DNA of 64,000 nucleotides from Candidatus Heimdallarchaeota archaeon (GTDB lineage Archaea; Asgardarchaeota; Heimdallarchaeia; JABLTI01). The notes under the pieces are model-generated. The model was not told the origin of the DNA, did no database searches, and saw only the letters and a program-made list of their open reading frames with translations. Positions 9,609 to 19,595 of this stretch are shown here, piece after piece; the first letter of the stretch is position 1, and every line of letters begins with the position of its first letter. Made by a program: the position numbers and the translations under genes. The stretch covers positions 160,001 through 224,000 of the forward strand of contig JABCTZ010000036.1 of NCBI GenBank assembly GCA_018238155.1, in the 5' to 3' direction.

Positions 9609-10465
9609 TGGTTAATGCTCTGACATTATATTATATTATTTTTTCATGGCTAACAGTTATTGTGAATATTGTTTTGGCAAGTGCTTTGTTACGAAACTTC
9701 ATCAGAAAAAAGACTCTTGGAACGATTATTCTTTTTGTCTCATACATGCTAATTGGTTTTAGTGCAATTTTAGCTGCAATTCATTACTCAGTAGCTTCAT
9801 TCAATATTAGTATAGAATTCATTGGTGTAAGTCAAACTCTAGCAACACTTTTTCCATTAATCGCATTACTGCAAATTTATGTTTTCTCTTGTAGACATAT
9901 TCTGAAAGATAATGAAGTTCTAAAGAACTTCCATTTAATTATCTTCTCTATAATAATTGGTAGTGTATTTACGATTTATTTGATGGCTGTATTTGGAATC
10001 ACACCTCAGCAACCTGGTTTCTTGTTTGCAGAAGATGTATCTCCATTATGGTATCAGATGTCAAGAAGTGATGTTGCAAATACAAGTCTCTTTAATCTTA
10101 CAGTACGTGCAAGTGTTATGGTTATTACCACCATTCAAATTTATATCAACTTGAGAATAATTATTAGAGCATTTATACTCTCTCGAAGAACTGATAGAAT
10201 TATTCGTAAACGCGGATTACAACTAATTGCAACGGGGTTATTAGTTTACCTTACAGCTGGAATAGTCATTGCTTTAGAAATGGCAATTTCATGGCCTGAA
10301 GGTAGCGCAATGCCAACAATTTTATGGACTTTGCGAAAGGTGATATTCATAACATCCTATCTAATCCTTTACTTGGGTTGGATTATGCCTGATTGGTTCA
10401 GACGTCGGCTACGAGGGAAAACTTGGTTTGAAATGCAATATAAAACAGTATCAAAACAATCTTAG
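9608..10465 (+). CDS. Seven-transmembrane protein (HisKA_7TM-like, no output domain)
   Basis: Seven hydrophobic segments by eye; ATG overlaps the GTPase stop (TAATG). Confidence 0.7.
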   Translation: MVNALTLYYIIFSWLTVIVNIVLASALLRNFIRKKTLGTIILFVSYMLIGFSAILAAIHYSVASFNISIEFIGVSQTLATLFPLIALLQIYVFSCRHILKDNEVLKNFHLIIFSIIIGSVFTIYLMAVFGITPQQPGFLFAEDVSPLWYQMSRSDVANTSLFNLTVRASVMVITTIQIYINLRIIIRAFILSRRTDRIIRKRGLQLIATGLLVYLTAGIVIALEMAISWPEGSAMPTILWTLRKVIFITSYLILYLGWIMPDWFRRRLRGKTWFEMQYKTVSKQS

Positions 10466-11160
10466 GGGAATCATTCCTCTAACTCTACTTTTTTTGTTCT
10501 GAAAATTTTTCTACTAAAAATTAAATATCACTTTATTGATATTGATTACAGTGTCTTTAAATAGATGATTGATAAATATACTCTTGTTAGTTAGATAATT
10601 TCTAATTAACGGTGAGTGAGTTGACCTAACTCGGTTTTTAGAGTTTAAAATTCGATGTGGATTGTGAGTTGACCGACCGTCCCTTTACTAGTTCACTGTG
10701 AATTTAATAGGTGAATAAAATGAACAAACAAAAACAAGAAATTCGTAATGAATTCAGAAAAGTGCTGGCTAAACCTGGAACAGAAGTTCCTCGAATATTG
10801 AAATAACGAAATACAAAATATCGAAAGGAAAAACAAAAAATGACAAGTAAAAACCATAAATCAAACAAGAAAATAAATGAAAGCATTGTAAAAGCAAGAA
10901 ATGAGAGCCTAAATTTTAATTTACATATTGTAATAAACAAATAGACGCAAGAGATAGACACTAGTTAACAGCACTAGCTAATCATCTCCCATTTCACCTA
11001 AATATTTGCTTACAAGAAATTCCCTTAGAATTATGAACAGCTCAAACCATTACTAATCAAGCGTTGATACCTGCCTTGCATGTGTTCAACTTGATATCTT
11101 TTTTACTAATTTTACTGATAAAAATGACTTTTTAAGAAAAAAATAATGAAGGTAAAAAAA

Positions 11161-11182
11161 GAGGGATTGGGACAAATCCCTC
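11161..11182 (-). terminator. Hairpin plus T-tract after the HAAS gene
   Basis: GAGGGATT/AATCCCTC 8-bp stem followed on the minus strand by a T-run. Confidence 0.55.
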
Positions 11183-11197
11183 TGTCTACCTTATTTA

Positions 11198-12388
11198 TTA
11201 TTGAGGGAATCCTTCGAAGCCTAACCTGATCATTCGCACAAATTGCGATATCATCTTTAATATTGTTCCACCAATAATTACCCATATAACAATTGTTGCT
11301 ACTGTCTGGAATGTATCTGCGTTAATATAATTTTGAACAAGTCCAAATATCCAATTGTAGGCAATTTCACGTCGATAAAGAATTGCATGATAAAGTGCGA
11401 TATTCACTCCTCGAGGTGCAAGACCAAGAAAGAGCAATGCTTGCTGTAATCCAATTCTTCTACCAACTAACGCTTGGAAGAATTGAATGAATCCTAATAC
11501 CAATCCTGTTACACCTGTAAGTGCAAACCAGATTTTCAATTGATCTGGTAGAAAGTCAAGAAAAGGCATGAATGGTAGAATTATCGTAACTACACCAAAA
11601 GCTATTCCAAAAACCCCTTCAGAAAGATAATCTTTTCCAAGATGTTTGTGTTTCTTCCCCAATCTAGGTGTTGGCTCTGTAATAGTTCTTACGGGAATTT
11701 CCTTCATTACTTGAGGTTCAACTCTTGGCTTAGAGAGTGGGATTGCTTTGTAATCTTCTTCATCTTTAGTGTAAGTTACAACTTCCTCTTCTGTCTTTGG
11801 TTTCCATGATTTGAAACCATCGAAAGAAATATGAAAATCAAACATCCTTCCAAAAGAATCGAAATCCTCAGGAATATATCCCTCATGTGAGAGATAGATG
11901 AATAGTACTGTTATAAGCACCAATGCAATTGAGACGCTCATTATCGAACCTGATATCCAGCCTGAAAAAAGTTCTTTAACACCAATACTAGCATTGACTG
12001 CTGAAGGTATTCTAATAAGCATAACTAAGAAATTAATTCCAAGTAAGACTGCACAAACGATAATGACAACTTTAGTGTATCCTATCCATAATTCCTCCGT
12101 AATGAAGAATTTTGGTTTACCTCGTCGTTTATATTCTCCAGCAATTTTGCTGGGAGTACCCATCTGATCAATAACTTGTTTTATATCTCCAATTGATGGA
12201 TCTTCTCCATCTGCCAATTCTGTTGCTCTATCCCAAATATGTGTTTCAAGTTCTTCTAAGATATCATCAACGTCTTTTTTCTCATCTTTTAACCAGAATG
12301 GTAGCTTTCTTTCAACTTCATCCAAGAATTCTTTGATAAGTTTTTGATCTTCATTTAAAAATTCAAAATTATTTTTGTTTTCATTCAT
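11198..12388 (-). CDS. HAAS-domain membrane protein (PadR partner)
   Basis: 'IKEFLDEVERKLP...DILEELETHIWD...MGTPSKIAGEY' followed by several TM helices. Confidence 0.75.
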   Translation of the reverse strand: MNENKNNFEFLNEDQKLIKEFLDEVERKLPFWLKDEKKDVDDILEELETHIWDRATELADGEDPSIGDIKQVIDQMGTPSKIAGEYKRRGKPKFFITEELWIGYTKVVIIVCAVLLGINFLVMLIRIPSAVNASIGVKELFSGWISGSIMSVSIALVLITVLFIYLSHEGYIPEDFDSFGRMFDFHISFDGFKSWKPKTEEEVVTYTKDEEDYKAIPLSKPRVEPQVMKEIPVRTITEPTPRLGKKHKHLGKDYLSEGVFGIAFGVVTIILPFMPFLDFLPDQLKIWFALTGVTGLVLGFIQFFQALVGRRIGLQQALLFLGLAPRGVNIALYHAILYRREIAYNWIFGLVQNYINADTFQTVATIVIWVIIGGTILKMISQFVRMIRLGFEGFPQ

Positions 12389-12392
12389 TTTA

Positions 12393-12923
12393 TCAAATCC
12401 TCTGATTAATTAACTCCTCTACAAAAATTCCGCATACTTCGCAGTATTTTGCTTCAACATCTAATTTGATTTGATTTGCACAATTAGGACAATACATAAA
12501 CTCATTTTCTGGAAGTTCGATTCCAAATTCCATCAAGGGAGATATTGCTTCAAGAAGTTTAGCAAAAAATCCTGTCATATGATTTAGTAATTTATGTCCT
12601 GCATCCGTTAAGATATAATATCTTCTCGGGCGACCCGTTAATTCTTTCTTTTCAGATTTGAGAACACCATCTTTCTCCATTTTTCGTAAAAGCGGATACA
12701 ATGTACCTTCCTCAATTATCAGCACATTGTTTGTTTCTTGTTCCAATTGTTTTAGTAATTGATATCCATAAGTTCCTTCTTCGGAACATCGTTTGAGGAT
12801 TTGTAGAACTGTAACTGTAGATATTCCTCGCAGTAATTCTGATTCAAAGCTTTCAACGTATGTTCTAAAGTGGTCATCACCGATTAATGCTTCCGGGTGG
12901 AATGATTTTACTTTTTTTAACAC
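12393..12923 (-). CDS. PadR-family transcriptional regulator with C-terminal double zinc ribbon
   Basis: YGYQL, EGTLYPLLRKME, RPRRYYILT; CPNC...CEVCG. Confidence 0.9.
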   Translation of the reverse strand: MLKKVKSFHPEALIGDDHFRTYVESFESELLRGISTVTVLQILKRCSEEGTYGYQLLKQLEQETNNVLIIEEGTLYPLLRKMEKDGVLKSEKKELTGRPRRYYILTDAGHKLLNHMTGFFAKLLEAISPLMEFGIELPENEFMYCPNCANQIKLDVEAKYCEVCGIFVEELINQRI

Positions 12924-12977
12924 GAGTATTCGCCTTTTTGTTATTTAATTTACTATTACTGTTATATTATTCTTACA

Positions 12978-12998
12978 ATACTATATCACGTATAGTAT
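12978..12998. promoter_or_regulatory. Putative PadR operator
   Basis: Perfect inverted repeat ATACTATA-N5-TATAGTAT directly upstream of padR. Confidence 0.55.
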
Positions 12999-13084
12999 AT
13001 TCCATATATAAACATTCACAATCCTTGGGGAAAATCTTCAAGAACGAAATAAGAACTAGAATACTAAAAATATTTTAAGAAGCA

Positions 13085-14104
13085 ATGAATTCCTATAGTA
13101 TGCGCTTGCTAGCAATTGCAGATACTCACTTTGGATACGAAACTGGTAGATCTTCAGAAGCTAGAAAATTCACATATGAAAGTATGTTCAATAAGTTTGA
13201 GGAAATAATTACTATAGCAAAAAAACAAAATGTAGATGCTATACTACATGCAGGTGATTTTTTCAATCGAAGCGTTCCCAGAAAAAAGGTTCTAAAGCGA
13301 TCATATGAATTGGTTGAAAGGATATTACTTGAGGAAATATCTTTTCTTGTTATACCTGGCAATCATGAGCGAGCTAAATTACCTGAATCCTTGTTGAGTT
13401 TCCACAAAAGAAGCCATTTTTTCAATAAATTATCTAAAGTTGATTTAGATCAATGTTCTATTGTTGGTTTTCCCTTTATACGAAAAGACCCTCAATCTGT
13501 AGCAGAAAAAATCAACAAATTATTACAAACTGAACATAAAAACCCAAAAATCGTACTATGTCATCAACTTTTCGAGGGCGCAACGTTTGGACCACATCAA
13601 TTTGTTTTTCGAAAAAAACATGGTGCAATCAAAATTACTTCTGCTTTCCAAGATGTTTCTTTAATTATTTCCGGTCATGTCCATCGTGCACAAAGCCTTT
13701 TTGACGGCTTAGTTGTTTATCCAGGCTCAATTGAACGAACAAGCTTTGTTGAATTCATAGAACCAAAAGGATATCTAACAATCGACATTGAATCTGATTT
13801 CAGTAAAGTACAATTTCACCCATTAAATTCTCTGCCGATGGATGTCATTGAATTCCCGGTTTACAATACTGATCTTGATTACGATACTTTACTCTCTACA
13901 ATACAATCTGGTCTTCATCGAACCTTATTACGATTAACTGGACGAAAATTAACTATTGCTGAAATAGAAAATTTGAGAAATTTTTTCCCTTCAAATGAAT
14001 ATCCGCTATTGGTTATAAGCCCTCGTTTCCCTGAATATTCTCTTAAACCACTTTATACGAATCATGTCCCATTTGATTTTCCTGCTTTTGTAAAGAATCT
14101 CTAA
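13085..14104 (+). CDS. Mre11/SbcD-like metallophosphoesterase nuclease
   Basis: ADTHFG, AGDFF, PGNHE, GHVH, YPGSIER motifs. Confidence 0.85.
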   Translation: MNSYSMRLLAIADTHFGYETGRSSEARKFTYESMFNKFEEIITIAKKQNVDAILHAGDFFNRSVPRKKVLKRSYELVERILLEEISFLVIPGNHERAKLPESLLSFHKRSHFFNKLSKVDLDQCSIVGFPFIRKDPQSVAEKINKLLQTEHKNPKIVLCHQLFEGATFGPHQFVFRKKHGAIKITSAFQDVSLIISGHVHRAQSLFDGLVVYPGSIERTSFVEFIEPKGYLTIDIESDFSKVQFHPLNSLPMDVIEFPVYNTDLDYDTLLSTIQSGLHRTLLRLTGRKLTIAEIENLRNFFPSNEYPLLVISPRFPEYSLKPLYTNHVPFDFPAFVKNL

Positions 14105-14193
14105 TCTACAAGTCAAATTTTTCTCTCTTTTGTCTCTAATTAGTACTGCTGTTGACCATTTAGTAGAAAAAAAGAGTCATTTCTCTTAAATGA

Positions 14194-15207
14194 TTGAGAA
14201 ACAATTCTGGAAATTATGTTAATTTTTATAAAGATATATTAATGTTTAATCTATTGAGAATTCGTGGAGATTTTGTTCACATTTCAAAAAAGGTGATTTT
14301 TTTGAAAGAAGCTAAAATACAACACATACAAGTAACTAGAAATATTGTCGTTCATAGAAAAACAGGTACAGGAATAAATGAGGGCAATATTGTTTGTTTA
14401 AATAACGATTTGGGTTTGATTTTTGTTGACGCAGGTCGTGTTACACAAGACGCAAAAAAATTCCGTGCAGAGATGGAAAAGAAATATAAGAAAAAAGCTG
14501 AATATCTTATTTTAACCCATAATCATGGAGATCATACTTTTGGAGCAGAAGCATTTAAAGATCTACCAATAATATCTTCACAAAAAGCATATGATGATTA
14601 TTATGAATTAGAAAAGGAAGGAAAGTTAAGTAAGGAATATCGTCAAGGATTTATCAACGTTATGAAAGAAAAAGCAGCGAAAGGTGAATTTGAGCTTTCA
14701 GAATCTTGGCACAAAGATTTTGCTACTAATTATTTAGCAGCTACTTTATATCCACCAACTTTAGCTATCTCCGATGAAATGAAACTTGGTTCACCTGAAC
14801 AACAGATACTTTTCAAAGTAATAGGTGGTCATTCTGATTGTTCTGCTTATTTGTACTATTTACCTGAAGATATTCTAATTGCAGGTGATAATTTTAATTG
14901 CGATCATGCACAAAATTCTGGTTGTATGCTTGCAGGAATGAATGACAAAGGTATTGCTATTCTGAAACTATTTGAGGATCTAAATCCTAAGAAAGTAATT
15001 CCAGGTCATGGTCCTGTTGTTGAGAAAGATTACATCAGAACCTCACGTGTATATTTCAGTGAAATGTTTGCAAAGTTGAAAGAGCTAAAAGAAAAAGGTG
15101 TTTCTCTTGGAGAGGCATCCAAACACCCTGGTTTGCCGAATTTTTTTGAAGATAAAAAACATCGGCAATGGGATCATATTATGTCAAGCTGGTATTCGCA
15201 ACTCTAG
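14194..15207 (+). CDS. MBL-fold metallo-hydrolase (true start probably near 14300)
   Basis: THNHGDH, GGHS, AGD, PGHG. Confidence 0.85.
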   Translation: MRNNSGNYVNFYKDILMFNLLRIRGDFVHISKKVIFLKEAKIQHIQVTRNIVVHRKTGTGINEGNIVCLNNDLGLIFVDAGRVTQDAKKFRAEMEKKYKKKAEYLILTHNHGDHTFGAEAFKDLPIISSQKAYDDYYELEKEGKLSKEYRQGFINVMKEKAAKGEFELSESWHKDFATNYLAATLYPPTLAISDEMKLGSPEQQILFKVIGGHSDCSAYLYYLPEDILIAGDNFNCDHAQNSGCMLAGMNDKGIAILKLFEDLNPKKVIPGHGPVVEKDYIRTSRVYFSEMFAKLKELKEKGVSLGEASKHPGLPNFFEDKKHRQWDHIMSSWYSQL

Positions 15208-15498
15208 TTGCGGGGGTCAAATTGAGGTTGGCATCATTCAATCTTCGAGTATGGTGCTTGCCTCTTAATTATTTATTTTTCAATGGTGTTAATGTTGAAG
15301 GTTTGATAGAATATTTTTCTGCAATTCAACCAAATAAATATGCTGTAAATACAGCAAAACATCGAGATAAAAGCTTTATAAAAAAATCTACTTTATTTCA
15401 GAAGAAAAGTTGAGGGAGAACTTATATCTTATTTACTAAATACAATAGATTGAAATTCATCGGATAAAATCATTTTTAGTAGAAATTACTCAATTAAG

Positions 15499-16119
15499 GT
15501 GAATATATTGACAAACCAACAAATCAAAGATAACAGAAATTTGAAAGAATTTGCTTTAGATACTCTCAAAATAGTGACTTGTAACTTTTTAACTTCTTTC
15601 TCTGGAATAGAATCTGAAAATATCACCAAACAAATCACTAAAGATAGCAATCACATCTTCTGGATTTTTGGGCACTGTGCATCGCACATGGATATTGCTT
15701 TTGGATTATCTTGTCAGGGAAAAGGTCTCTTAACAAAGGAACAACACAAGCATTTTGGATATGGTATTGATAAGGAAATTGCTCATACGATACCTGAACA
15801 ATCGTTTCATGATTTCATGGAATTATTTTTGATTATTATTGAAAATACTTTTGAGTTTCTGGATAAATTAGCCGAGGAGAACTTTAGAGACTTACCTCGA
15901 AACCTTTCCGAAAAAAGGCAAAAAGAATCAGTTTTATTGACTATTCAAAGAGTCTCTCTACATTTAATGGGGCACATGGGACAAATAACTGCTATCAGAA
16001 GAAAACTAGGAAACCCTGTTCCAATGGGTTTTGTTGCAGGTATGACAAAAGAATCTCGAAAGTCTATTAATGACAAATATAGAAAATGGTGGAATGAGAA
16101 TAAAGAGAAATTCACATAA
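15499..16119 (+). CDS. DinB/YfiT family protein
   Basis: 'NHIFWIFGH' and 'HLMGHMGQI' His triad. Confidence 0.8.
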   Translation: MNILTNQQIKDNRNLKEFALDTLKIVTCNFLTSFSGIESENITKQITKDSNHIFWIFGHCASHMDIAFGLSCQGKGLLTKEQHKHFGYGIDKEIAHTIPEQSFHDFMELFLIIIENTFEFLDKLAEENFRDLPRNLSEKRQKESVLLTIQRVSLHLMGHMGQITAIRRKLGNPVPMGFVAGMTKESRKSINDKYRKWWNENKEKFT

Positions 16120-16173
16120 ACAAAATTTAAATTTTTGAATAATAGATTTTGTAGACATACCAAAATGAGTTTC

Positions 16174-16584
16174 TTAGCTTTCAGGTGGAGGATATTTCGC
16201 CTTTAATACGAGATTATCTATATTAGATTTAATCATATCACGATTTACCTCATCTGGGTCACAAAGTAAAGCACGTTTGAAAGCATTGATGGATTTATGA
16301 TATTCACGGCTCGTTTTGTAGGAGTGAGCAATAACGGACCAAAAAGTGAACATGTCACCTTGTGGGTTATCCACTTTATTCATACAATTTACTGCTTCAT
16401 CTAAGTTTCCAAGAGCATTATTACAAAGAGCTAAATGGAAAATAACACCCTGATTATCAGGTTCAATTTCAGATGCTTGTACTAAAATTTTGTAAGTTTG
16501 TTTATATTTTTCTTTCTGGAAGAAAGCTTTTCCTTGCCCTAAAAGGGTATCAATGTCGACATTGTCTGTCAATCTCATCTCCAA
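16174..16584 (-). CDS. Small TPR-repeat protein
   Basis: About three TPR units (A-x-x-x-x-P-D endings). Confidence 0.75.
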   Translation of the reverse strand: MEMRLTDNVDIDTLLGQGKAFFQKEKYKQTYKILVQASEIEPDNQGVIFHLALCNNALGNLDEAVNCMNKVDNPQGDMFTFWSVIAHSYKTSREYHKSINAFKRALLCDPDEVNRDMIKSNIDNLVLKAKYPPPES

Positions 16585-16703
16585 TTATTTTGTTTTTTTT
16601 TCAATTAAAAAGTCTTTTCAATACAAAGGTTAGTCATTTGTTCGGTCGTTTTCATCGAAAAGGTTTTAAATTATTTTAGTCCAAAAAATTCTTACACTAT
16701 TAC

Positions 16704-16875
16704 GGAGTGGTAGTGTAAAATATTGATTGAAAGATCAGTATTCACAAAGCCAGGCAGCACGGCAGGCTCCAGAAGTAATGTGAATGTAACTGACCGTTTG
16801 GGATGATGACGTTCCGGAGCGGTGCTCCATAGTAGAGAAACTTGCTGGTCGGGAGTTCAAATCTCCTCCACTCCA
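16704..16875 (+). tRNA. tRNA-Trp (CCA) with two introns (about 16718-16748 and 16773-16839)
   Basis: Acceptor GGAGTGG/CCACTCC, D-stem GTGT/GCAC, anticodon stem GCAGG/CTTGC with CT-CCA-G loop, T-arm GGGAG-TTCAAAT-CTCCT; cloverleaf forms only after removing both inserts. Confidence 0.88.
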
Positions 16876-16905
16876 CTTTTTTTTACACCTTAATAGTTTT
16901 TACAA

Positions 16906-17235
16906 CTATTGTTTTTCTAATTCCACAAAAACATTCCTTTTCATCAATTTATTTCCAAAATTCTCTTTGAGATAATTATAAAATTTTTCAGTATAACACA
17001 GAATACGTTTTACTCGACAATTAATTACAACTATAATTTGTATTTTAGTTTTTTCATTATCTAGCGGTTCATTTTTCATTGAAAAAATTGGTAATGGAAA
17101 TAACTGACCGTTACCAAAAGCTATTCCAAGTTGCTTGTATTTAACATTACAACTCGGACATTCTTCTGTAAAAACACCAATATATTTTTCTATTTCAAAT
17201 CCACAGGATCGACTTATCCAAATCCAGTTAGTCAT
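16906..17235 (-). CDS. Hypothetical protein with CPSC motif
   Basis: 109-codon ORF; possible zinc ribbon. Confidence 0.45.
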   Translation of the reverse strand: MTNWIWISRSCGFEIEKYIGVFTEECPSCNVKYKQLGIAFGNGQLFPLPIFSMKNEPLDNEKTKIQIIVVINCRVKRILCYTEKFYNYLKENFGNKLMKRNVFVELEKQ

Positions 17236-17432
17236 TTCTTATCACTATTTTTTTTTCTTAACACAAGTACTTGATTAGCATTCTTTACAACTATGGATGT
17301 TTACATTATAATATATTCTCATTCAGTTACCAAATTTAAAGCCAAAAATATCCTTTCCCAAGAACAAAATATTAATTAAATCTAATCATTTCAAAGTAGA
17401 AAAAAGAATCTTAAGTAAGTAAAAAGAACAAA

Positions 17433-19595
17433 TTGCTCAACGTGTTAAATGAATTTTGGGTGATATTTTTTATGTTTACTAATAAGAGTCCTTTATTCAG
17501 AAATATTCTACTATTTTCTGTATTGTTTACATTATTGATTCCTTCAGTATATACTGGGGAAGCTCTCAGTACAAATCATTATTCAAATATTTCAACTAGT
17601 GAAATATCAATTAGTCCTTATCCTTCTCAATCGAAAGAAGATGATTTATTCACTGATGAATTACAAGAATCCAGTGATTTAATTTCTACAGCTTCTAGAA
17701 AGAAATGGACCATAATGACGTACATGGATGGGGATAATAATCTTGAAGGGGCAGCAATAGATGATATTGATGAAATGGAACTTGGAGGAGGGTCAACTGA
17801 TGATATTAACGTCATAGTTCAGATAGATCGCATTGGTGGTTTTGATACCTCAAATGGCGATTGGACAGGCGCAAAAATTTACAATATCGTTGATGATGTT
17901 ACAAGAGATATTGATTCATCACAATTAGTTGATTTGGGTGAGGTGGCTATGGATGACCCTGCAACTCTTCAAAATTTCATTGAATATTGTTTTGTTAATT
18001 TTCCTGCTGATTATTATTGTTTGAATCTTTGGGATCATGGAGCGGGTATTTTTGGAGCCTGTTTTGATGATACTTCCGTAGGAGGTGGAGGATTAACAAT
18101 AAATGAGATTCAAACAGCTATTGTTGCCGCAACAACTTCTTATTCAGAATATATTGATATTGTTTCATTTGATTGCTGTCTTATGACTGTCCTAGAGCTC
18201 GCCTACGAACTACGAGATGTATGTGATTATTTAGTTGCTTCTGAAGATCTAATACCCTGGGATGGATATGATTATGAGCCTCTGATATCAAAATTAATTT
18301 CAGATCCAGATATGACTCCAGAAGATTTCTGTAAAATGGTTGTTAAACAATACGGTGTTCAATATATCTCAGAAGAAGCAACTTGCTTATCTGCAATTGA
18401 TCTCTCCAAAATAGGTCCGATAATGACCCATCTCAATGATTTGGCAACAAATTTATCCTTTGGATTACAAAATTATAATTACAAGTATCAACTTTACCAA
18501 GTAAGGAGTGCTTGCCGGGCATTTTCCGGTGGTTCTTTAGTTGATATTGTTGACTTTTGTTTAAAAATCAATAATATCATAATTAATAAAAAAATAGAAA
18601 CTGTAACTTCTGCTTTGAAAGAAGCCGTAGAAGATGCTGTTTTATCTAACTGGCAACACTCAAGTTATTCTGGCAGTGCACATGGCTTGACAATTTTCTA
18701 TCCAATAACAGATTATCAATTGCCTGAGAATGTAATGTATAATTATGCAAATAGAACATCTATTTTCACAGGTATGGATTTTCAACAAGATAATTCTTGG
18801 GGCGAATTCATTCGTTTGTGTTATGATATCTATTCTCTCATTCCTCCTGAATTTCCTGATTTCATTAATTTAGATACATCAATACAAAATACTATTACAG
18901 AAAATTACATTGATAGTTACTTGCTCTCTATTCAAAAGGGGACAGTATACGAATTGAGCTGTACTGTTGAATCTGGTGATGTTGATATCTATCTCTCAAA
19001 ACCAACCGCTAATGGTCATTCAATTATCAGTGGAAGTTCATTGATAAATCCTGATGACGGTTCAATAGAACTCTGTAGAAATTATCTTCAAGCAGCAATG
19101 TATACGGTTATTGTATTTGGCGTTGCACAAAATTCACAATATTCTTTTGATATTAATACCTATACAATACCTACTTTAGATGTCAAAGATCAGCAAAATA
19201 CGACAGGTGGATCGGTGTATGGTGAAGATGAACATTTCATTCAAGACCTCCATCATTATTACACTGTTGAATTAAAGAAAGATATTTACAATATTATTCT
19301 CAATAATTCTGCTACAACGAATTACATGATCAATATTTATTCACTCGATTGGGAACTCTTAGACAATCTTTCACCTGCTGGTTATGGAAATGGTTTACAC
19401 CTACTTTTCAACTGCTCAGAAAAAATAACTATTATTATTGAAGTCTTTGCTTACGAAGGAGTAGGAAGTTTTGAACTTGTTGTTCTCAGCACTAAAGGAT
19501 TAGGTTTCTCTCTGGTAACAGCATTGCTCCTATCAATAACTGCAATATTTACAATAAGCTACATTCGATATGACAAAAAACGAAAAAGAAATTAG
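17433..19595 (+). CDS. Clostripain-family (C11) cysteine peptidase, secreted and C-terminally membrane anchored
   Basis: 'KKWTIMTYMDGDNNLE', WDHGAG (catalytic His), FDCCLM (catalytic Cys), PPC-like beta domains, C-terminal TM. Confidence 0.9.
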   Translation: MLNVLNEFWVIFFMFTNKSPLFRNILLFSVLFTLLIPSVYTGEALSTNHYSNISTSEISISPYPSQSKEDDLFTDELQESSDLISTASRKKWTIMTYMDGDNNLEGAAIDDIDEMELGGGSTDDINVIVQIDRIGGFDTSNGDWTGAKIYNIVDDVTRDIDSSQLVDLGEVAMDDPATLQNFIEYCFVNFPADYYCLNLWDHGAGIFGACFDDTSVGGGGLTINEIQTAIVAATTSYSEYIDIVSFDCCLMTVLELAYELRDVCDYLVASEDLIPWDGYDYEPLISKLISDPDMTPEDFCKMVVKQYGVQYISEEATCLSAIDLSKIGPIMTHLNDLATNLSFGLQNYNYKYQLYQVRSACRAFSGGSLVDIVDFCLKINNIIINKKIETVTSALKEAVEDAVLSNWQHSSYSGSAHGLTIFYPITDYQLPENVMYNYANRTSIFTGMDFQQDNSWGEFIRLCYDIYSLIPPEFPDFINLDTSIQNTITENYIDSYLLSIQKGTVYELSCTVESGDVDIYLSKPTANGHSIISGSSLINPDDGSIELCRNYLQAAMYTVIVFGVAQNSQYSFDINTYTIPTLDVKDQQNTTGGSVYGEDEHFIQDLHHYYTVELKKDIYNIILNNSATTNYMINIYSLDWELLDNLSPAGYGNGLHLLFNCSEKITIIIEVFAYEGVGSFELVVLSTKGLGFSLVTALLLSITAIFTISYIRYDKKRKRN

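Noticed and set aside
9608-10465. 7TM protein as a microbial rhodopsin/schizorhodopsin
   Set aside because: A Lys occurs early in TM7 (LRKV), but there is no DxxxK/SK or helix-C RYxxW signature; not supportable without structural comparison
10704-10961. 85-aa hydrophobic minus-strand ORF
   Set aside because: Hydrophobicity follows from the A-rich plus strand; the plus-strand small ORFs have better SD support
15168-15413. 81-aa ORF
   Set aside because: Overlaps the MBL gene end and a stem-loop; no motifs
16876-17432. Integrated element at tRNA-Trp
   Set aside because: No integrase or duplicated tRNA 3' end was found
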